Below are positions 40,277-43,168 of a stretch of DNA of 43,168 bases, one piece after another; position 1 is the stretch's first letter, and every line of letters begins with the position of its first letter. The position numbers and the translations under genes were made by a program. Source of the stretch: a virus. The stretch lies in the IMG/VR virus record IMGVR_UViG_3300018875_000009, positions 1-43,168 of that record. The stretch is one strand, 5' to 3'. A model generated the notes under the pieces. The model was not told where the DNA came from. It did not search any database and was given only the letters and a program-made list of their open reading frames with translations.

Positions 40277-40308
40277 GGGGCACCCCCCGAGGGTGCCCCT
40301 TCTGTTTG
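40277..40308 (+). terminator. Intrinsic terminator
   Basis: GGGGCACCC / GGGTGCCCC stem, 5-nt loop, TTCTGTTTG tail. Confidence 0.75.
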
Positions 40309-40312
40309 CCCT

Positions 40313-40330
40313 GAACCTGTTATTTGGAAA
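40313..40330 (+). repeat. Copy of the dispersed motif (GAACCTGTTATTTGGAAA)
   Basis: Read directly; 13 nt upstream of ATG 40344. Confidence 0.75.
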
Positions 40331-40343
40331 GAGAGAGAACGCC

Positions 40344-40592
40344 ATGACCGCCTTCCGTTCCGAGGACACTCGCACCCTGAACTTCACCGACGTTGACGGC
40401 CGCCCGGTCAGCGTGCGCCCCATCTATGACTCTGGCCTCGGCCGGAACGTCATCGAGCTGGTCGTTCACGGCGCGACCGTGCGCCTGTCCAACGGCATAG
40501 TTCCCAAGTTCGTGGACGGCGTGACCACGGCGGCCTTCCTCGGGGAGCTGGACAACGTGACCACGGGCAACCCGACCCCCGCCGGGGCGTGA
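40344..40592 (+). CDS. Hypothetical protein (82 aa)
   Basis: ATG after the GAGAGAGAAC purine tract, in frame with ORF 40293-40592. Confidence 0.55.
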   Translation: MTAFRSEDTRTLNFTDVDGRPVSVRPIYDSGLGRNVIELVVHGATVRLSNGIVPKFVDGVTTAAFLGELDNVTTGNPTPAGA

Positions 40593-41422
40593 CCGTGGGC
40601 GAACCGATAGCTCACCGGTCCGTATCGCAGTATTCGAGCTTCGTACGGTGCGGAGAGGCTTACCGGCTTGAGAAGGTCGCCAGGGCTCCCCAGGCTCAGG
40701 CCGCGTGGTTCATCCAAGGGACCGCCTACCACGAAGCCGTAGAGAAGTGGGAGCGCTCGAACCGGGCCTTCGGCCCCGACCGCATGGCCGAGTGGTTCGA
40801 AGAAGCCTGGGAACGGGAGATGGCCGCCGCCCTGGCCGTCGAGCCGGACGTGTCCCGGTGGCTCACCGGCGGAGTCACGAAGCCTGAGACCGACATCAAG
40901 AACCGCCGGAAACGTGGCCGTGATCAGGTAGAAGCGTACTTCGAGTACGCGATAGAAGCCCCTGAACGCATCTGGGAGCCGATAGAGGGACAGCCGGCCA
41001 TCGAGCTTCCGTTCACGCTGAATCTCGACGGAATCGAGGTCCGCGGGTTCATTGATCAGGTGATCGAGTATCCGGACGGACACCTTCGAGTAAGGGACCT
41101 GAAGACCGGAACCAAGCTCCCTGACACGGCTTTTCAGCTAGCCATCTACGACCACGCCCTGAACGACATGTTCGGCGTGAAACCCGGATTCGGGGATTTC
41201 TTCATGGCGAAGAACAACGCCCCGACCGACCCTTGGAATCTTCAGGATTACACCTTGGAGAAGGTGACCCGGTGGTTCCGCAACATGGATAAGGCCGTAC
41301 GTCTCGGCCTGTTCCTTCCCAACCCTGGCGACGCGTGCCGTACCTGTACGGTCCGGCGATTCTGCGACTTCAACGGAGTCGACGCCCGCCAATACCCCTA
41401 CGAAGAGAGTGTGAATGTCTGA
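40589..41422 (+). CDS. Cas4-family / RecB-like PD-(D/E)XK exonuclease with a 4-Cys cluster
   Basis: N-terminal Cys (FVRCGE), GFIDQV...VRDLKTG nuclease core, C-terminal CRTCTVRRFC. Confidence 0.78.
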   Translation: MTVGEPIAHRSVSQYSSFVRCGEAYRLEKVARAPQAQAAWFIQGTAYHEAVEKWERSNRAFGPDRMAEWFEEAWEREMAAALAVEPDVSRWLTGGVTKPETDIKNRRKRGRDQVEAYFEYAIEAPERIWEPIEGQPAIELPFTLNLDGIEVRGFIDQVIEYPDGHLRVRDLKTGTKLPDTAFQLAIYDHALNDMFGVKPGFGDFFMAKNNAPTDPWNLQDYTLEKVTRWFRNMDKAVRLGLFLPNPGDACRTCTVRRFCDFNGVDARQYPYEESVNV

Positions 41423-41849
41423 GACCGCCGAGAAGTTCACCGTGACCATGAAGAGCCACGGCGGCCATGACGCGACGTGGGTTGTCGTCAAGGCCGATTC
41501 CCAGGCCGAGCTTGTCGACCTCCTGAGCGGCTTCTCTCAGTCTGGCGTGTCCGCCCTGATCGGGGAGGCCGTGACCGCCCTTCGGGCCGAAGAGATCCTT
41601 GGGGCTCAGCTCGGGGCGCGTCCGGTCGAGCACCCCGGCAACTACGACCGAGGCGGCCAGAACGGCGCTCAGGCGCCCTCTCAGGCCCCCGCCGGCCAGA
41701 CCCCCTACGGCACTCCCCCGACGTGCCCGCACGGCACGAAGCGGTTCCTGGAGAAGCCCTACAAGAACAAGCCCGGCACCTGGAAGGCGTGGGCTTGCCC
41801 GGCCCCCCAGGGCACCCCGGACGCGTGCTCTCTGGAGTTCATCCGGTAG
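41415..41849 (+). CDS. Hypothetical protein (144 aa) with a Gly/Pro/Gln-rich linker and a C-terminal Cys/His cluster
   Basis: Overlaps the upstream stop. High GC3. Confidence 0.55.
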   Translation: MSETAEKFTVTMKSHGGHDATWVVVKADSQAELVDLLSGFSQSGVSALIGEAVTALRAEEILGAQLGARPVEHPGNYDRGGQNGAQAPSQAPAGQTPYGTPPTCPHGTKRFLEKPYKNKPGTWKAWACPAPQGTPDACSLEFIR

Positions 41850-41853
41850 GCCC

Positions 41854-41871
41854 GAAGCTGTCATTTGAAAA
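41854..41871 (+). repeat. Copy of the dispersed motif (GAAGCTGTCATTTGAAAA). GTTTAAAC follows at 41929-41936.
   Basis: Read directly. Confidence 0.8.
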
Positions 41872-41953
41872 GGCAGGGGCGCGACTGCCAGGCCACACGG
41901 CCACCCAACGCGCCTTCTTCATGCCCCCGTTTAAACAACCCCGGAGTACCGCC

Positions 41954-42253
41954 ATGCCTACGAAGCTCGACGCGCAGAAGAACCGTGACGCTGCCATTGC
42001 CCAGGTCGACGCGAACGCGGACGCCGAATGGAAGGCGTACGCCCTCGGCTTCATCGCTGAACTGTCCGGCCGGCTCGAAGAGTTCACGACCGATGACCTG
42101 TGGGACGCCGGACTCATCAAGCCCCGTGAGCCGCGCGCCCTCGGCCCCGTGATGCGACGGGCCGCGAAGCGTGGACTCATCACCACGACCGGAGACTTCC
42201 GGGCGAGCCGCTATCGGAACTGTGCGCCGCTCCCTGTTTGGACTGCCGCGTAA
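41954..42253 (+). CDS. Hypothetical protein (99 aa)
   Basis: ATG after SD CCGGAG, in frame with ORF 41477-42253 (whose upstream part looks non-coding). Confidence 0.55.
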   Translation: MPTKLDAQKNRDAAIAQVDANADAEWKAYALGFIAELSGRLEEFTTDDLWDAGLIKPREPRALGPVMRRAAKRGLITTTGDFRASRYRNCAPLPVWTAA

Positions 42254-42274
42254 CAACCCTCCGAAGGACCGCCC

Positions 42275-43069
42275 TTGTACACGATTGTTCGAGCTAAGGG
42301 CGACGCCGGAAAGACCGGCGAACCCCTTCCTACCCTGTTCAAGACCTTCGCGGCGAATACTGTCCACTTCCGCCGAGGGCAATTCACGATCATCTCGGCG
42401 GCCCCCGGTGTCGGTAAGTCGGCCCTGAGCCTCTGCCTGGCCCTACACGCCCGCGTGCCCGCCTTCTATTTCAGCGCGGACACTGACCCGCAAACGATGT
42501 TCGTGCGGGCCGCAGCGAACGTCTCGGGCTGGTCGACCAGGGATATCGAGAACGCGCTAGAGCACGGCAACACGAAGGCCGTAGAAGCTCAGCTTGACGG
42601 GTTCGATCATCTTCGGTGGGACTTCACCGCAAGTCTCACGATTGATGACCTCGAAGCGGAGTTGAAGGCTTTCGCGGTCACCTATGGGGCCTGGCCGGAA
42701 CTGATCATCGTGGACAACCTGTCCAACGTCGTTCCGGACGCCGAGGGCGACAGCAACTCTTACGTCGCTCTGGAAAAGGTCTGTGAGTACCTGCACGAAC
42801 TTGCCCGCGAAACGGGCGCGTGCGTAGTCGCCCTGCACCACGTCAAGGGTGACAGCAACGACGGAAATAGCCCCGTGCCCCTGTCTCAGATCAAGGGGCA
42901 GATTGGCCGCGTGCCGGAAATGATCCTGACGCTTCACCGGATCGGGGACGACGGCTCTCGACAGATGGGCGTATCCGTCGTGAAGAACCGTACGGGAAAG
43001 GCTGACGCGTCCGGCGCGATGATCCTCTATCTCGATGCCGACATGGAGCGAATGAGGCTCACCGGATGA
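42275..43069 (+). CDS. DnaB-like / RecA-fold replicative helicase ATPase
   Basis: Walker A AAPGVGKSALSL, Walker B ELIIVDNL, LHHVKG sensor-like motif. Confidence 0.72.
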   Translation: MYTIVRAKGDAGKTGEPLPTLFKTFAANTVHFRRGQFTIISAAPGVGKSALSLCLALHARVPAFYFSADTDPQTMFVRAAANVSGWSTRDIENALEHGNTKAVEAQLDGFDHLRWDFTASLTIDDLEAELKAFAVTYGAWPELIIVDNLSNVVPDAEGDSNSYVALEKVCEYLHELARETGACVVALHHVKGDSNDGNSPVPLSQIKGQIGRVPEMILTLHRIGDDGSRQMGVSVVKNRTGKADASGAMILYLDADMERMRLTG

Positions 43070-43168
43070 TCGAGCTAGACGTGATCGGCACCCCTGCCCC
43101 CCAGGGCAGTAAGAGGCACGTTGGCGGGGGCCGAATGGTGGAGTCCTCGAAGAAGGTCAAGCCGTGGC
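43042..43168. repeat. Second copy of the 127-nt terminal overlap (includes the first 103 nt of rusA)
   Basis: Identical to 1-127. Confidence 0.95.

Noticed and set aside
41477-41953. Upstream 159 codons of ORF 41477-42253, and ORF 41599-41868
   Set aside because: They overlap the better-supported gene at 41415-41849 out of frame, and their translations are Arg/Pro-rich. The real gene most likely starts at ATG 41954, after the dispersed motif and GTTTAAAC.
43066-43168. Second, truncated rusA gene at the window end
   Set aside because: It is part of the 127-nt end overlap of a circular contig, not a separate locus.

Overview
The window holds one complete, circularly closed (or terminally redundant) 43,041-bp genome. 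It looks like a temperate, high-GC actinobacterial (Streptomyces-type) siphovirus. Bases 1-127 repeat exactly at 43042-43168. All product calls come from reading motifs in the supplied translations; no database search was possible.

Layout:
- The + arm runs from about 34.5 kb, through the wrap, to 15.1 kb. It carries early, replication and nucleotide-metabolism genes: a two-ORF C5 DNA methyltransferase, a clamp-like protein, an HTH protein, WhiB, a Cas4-like nuclease, a DnaB-like ATPase, RusA, a two-ORF primase, a phosphoesterase, a sigma-like protein, NrdJ, ThyX and dCMP deaminase. After these come about ten tiny monocistronic genes (including Lsr2) and an HTH-TPR regulator.
- The - arm runs from 34.1 kb down to 15.2 kb. 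It carries HNH, terS, two tRNAs, a second HNH, terL, portal, protease, capsid, connectors, major tail, chaperones with a canonical -1 frameshift, tape measure, minor tails, and the lysin and holin.
- A tyrosine integrase lies at 37.3-38.4 kb.

Most unusual signals:
1. An orientation-locked motif of about 17-20 bp, YGAAGCTGTCATTTGRAA, occurs in about 19 intergenic copies on both arms.
2. Region 7.1-12.7 kb is an array of near-identical terminator / promoter / GTTTAAAC / -10 / conserved 5' leader (TGTCAGCGAGAGA) / hairpin / SD / small-ORF cassettes.
3. An ORF-free, promoter-driven, hairpin-dense region of about 0.5 kb (10.6-11.1 kb) is a candidate structured ncRNA.
4. A divergent operon encodes three paralogous CxxC-x28-(H/C) mini-proteins next to the putative repressor.
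5. Three Lsr2-related proteins are present, one of them membrane-anchored.
6. The primase and the C5 methyltransferase are each split into two overlapping ORFs, and each second ORF has its own SD and start codon.
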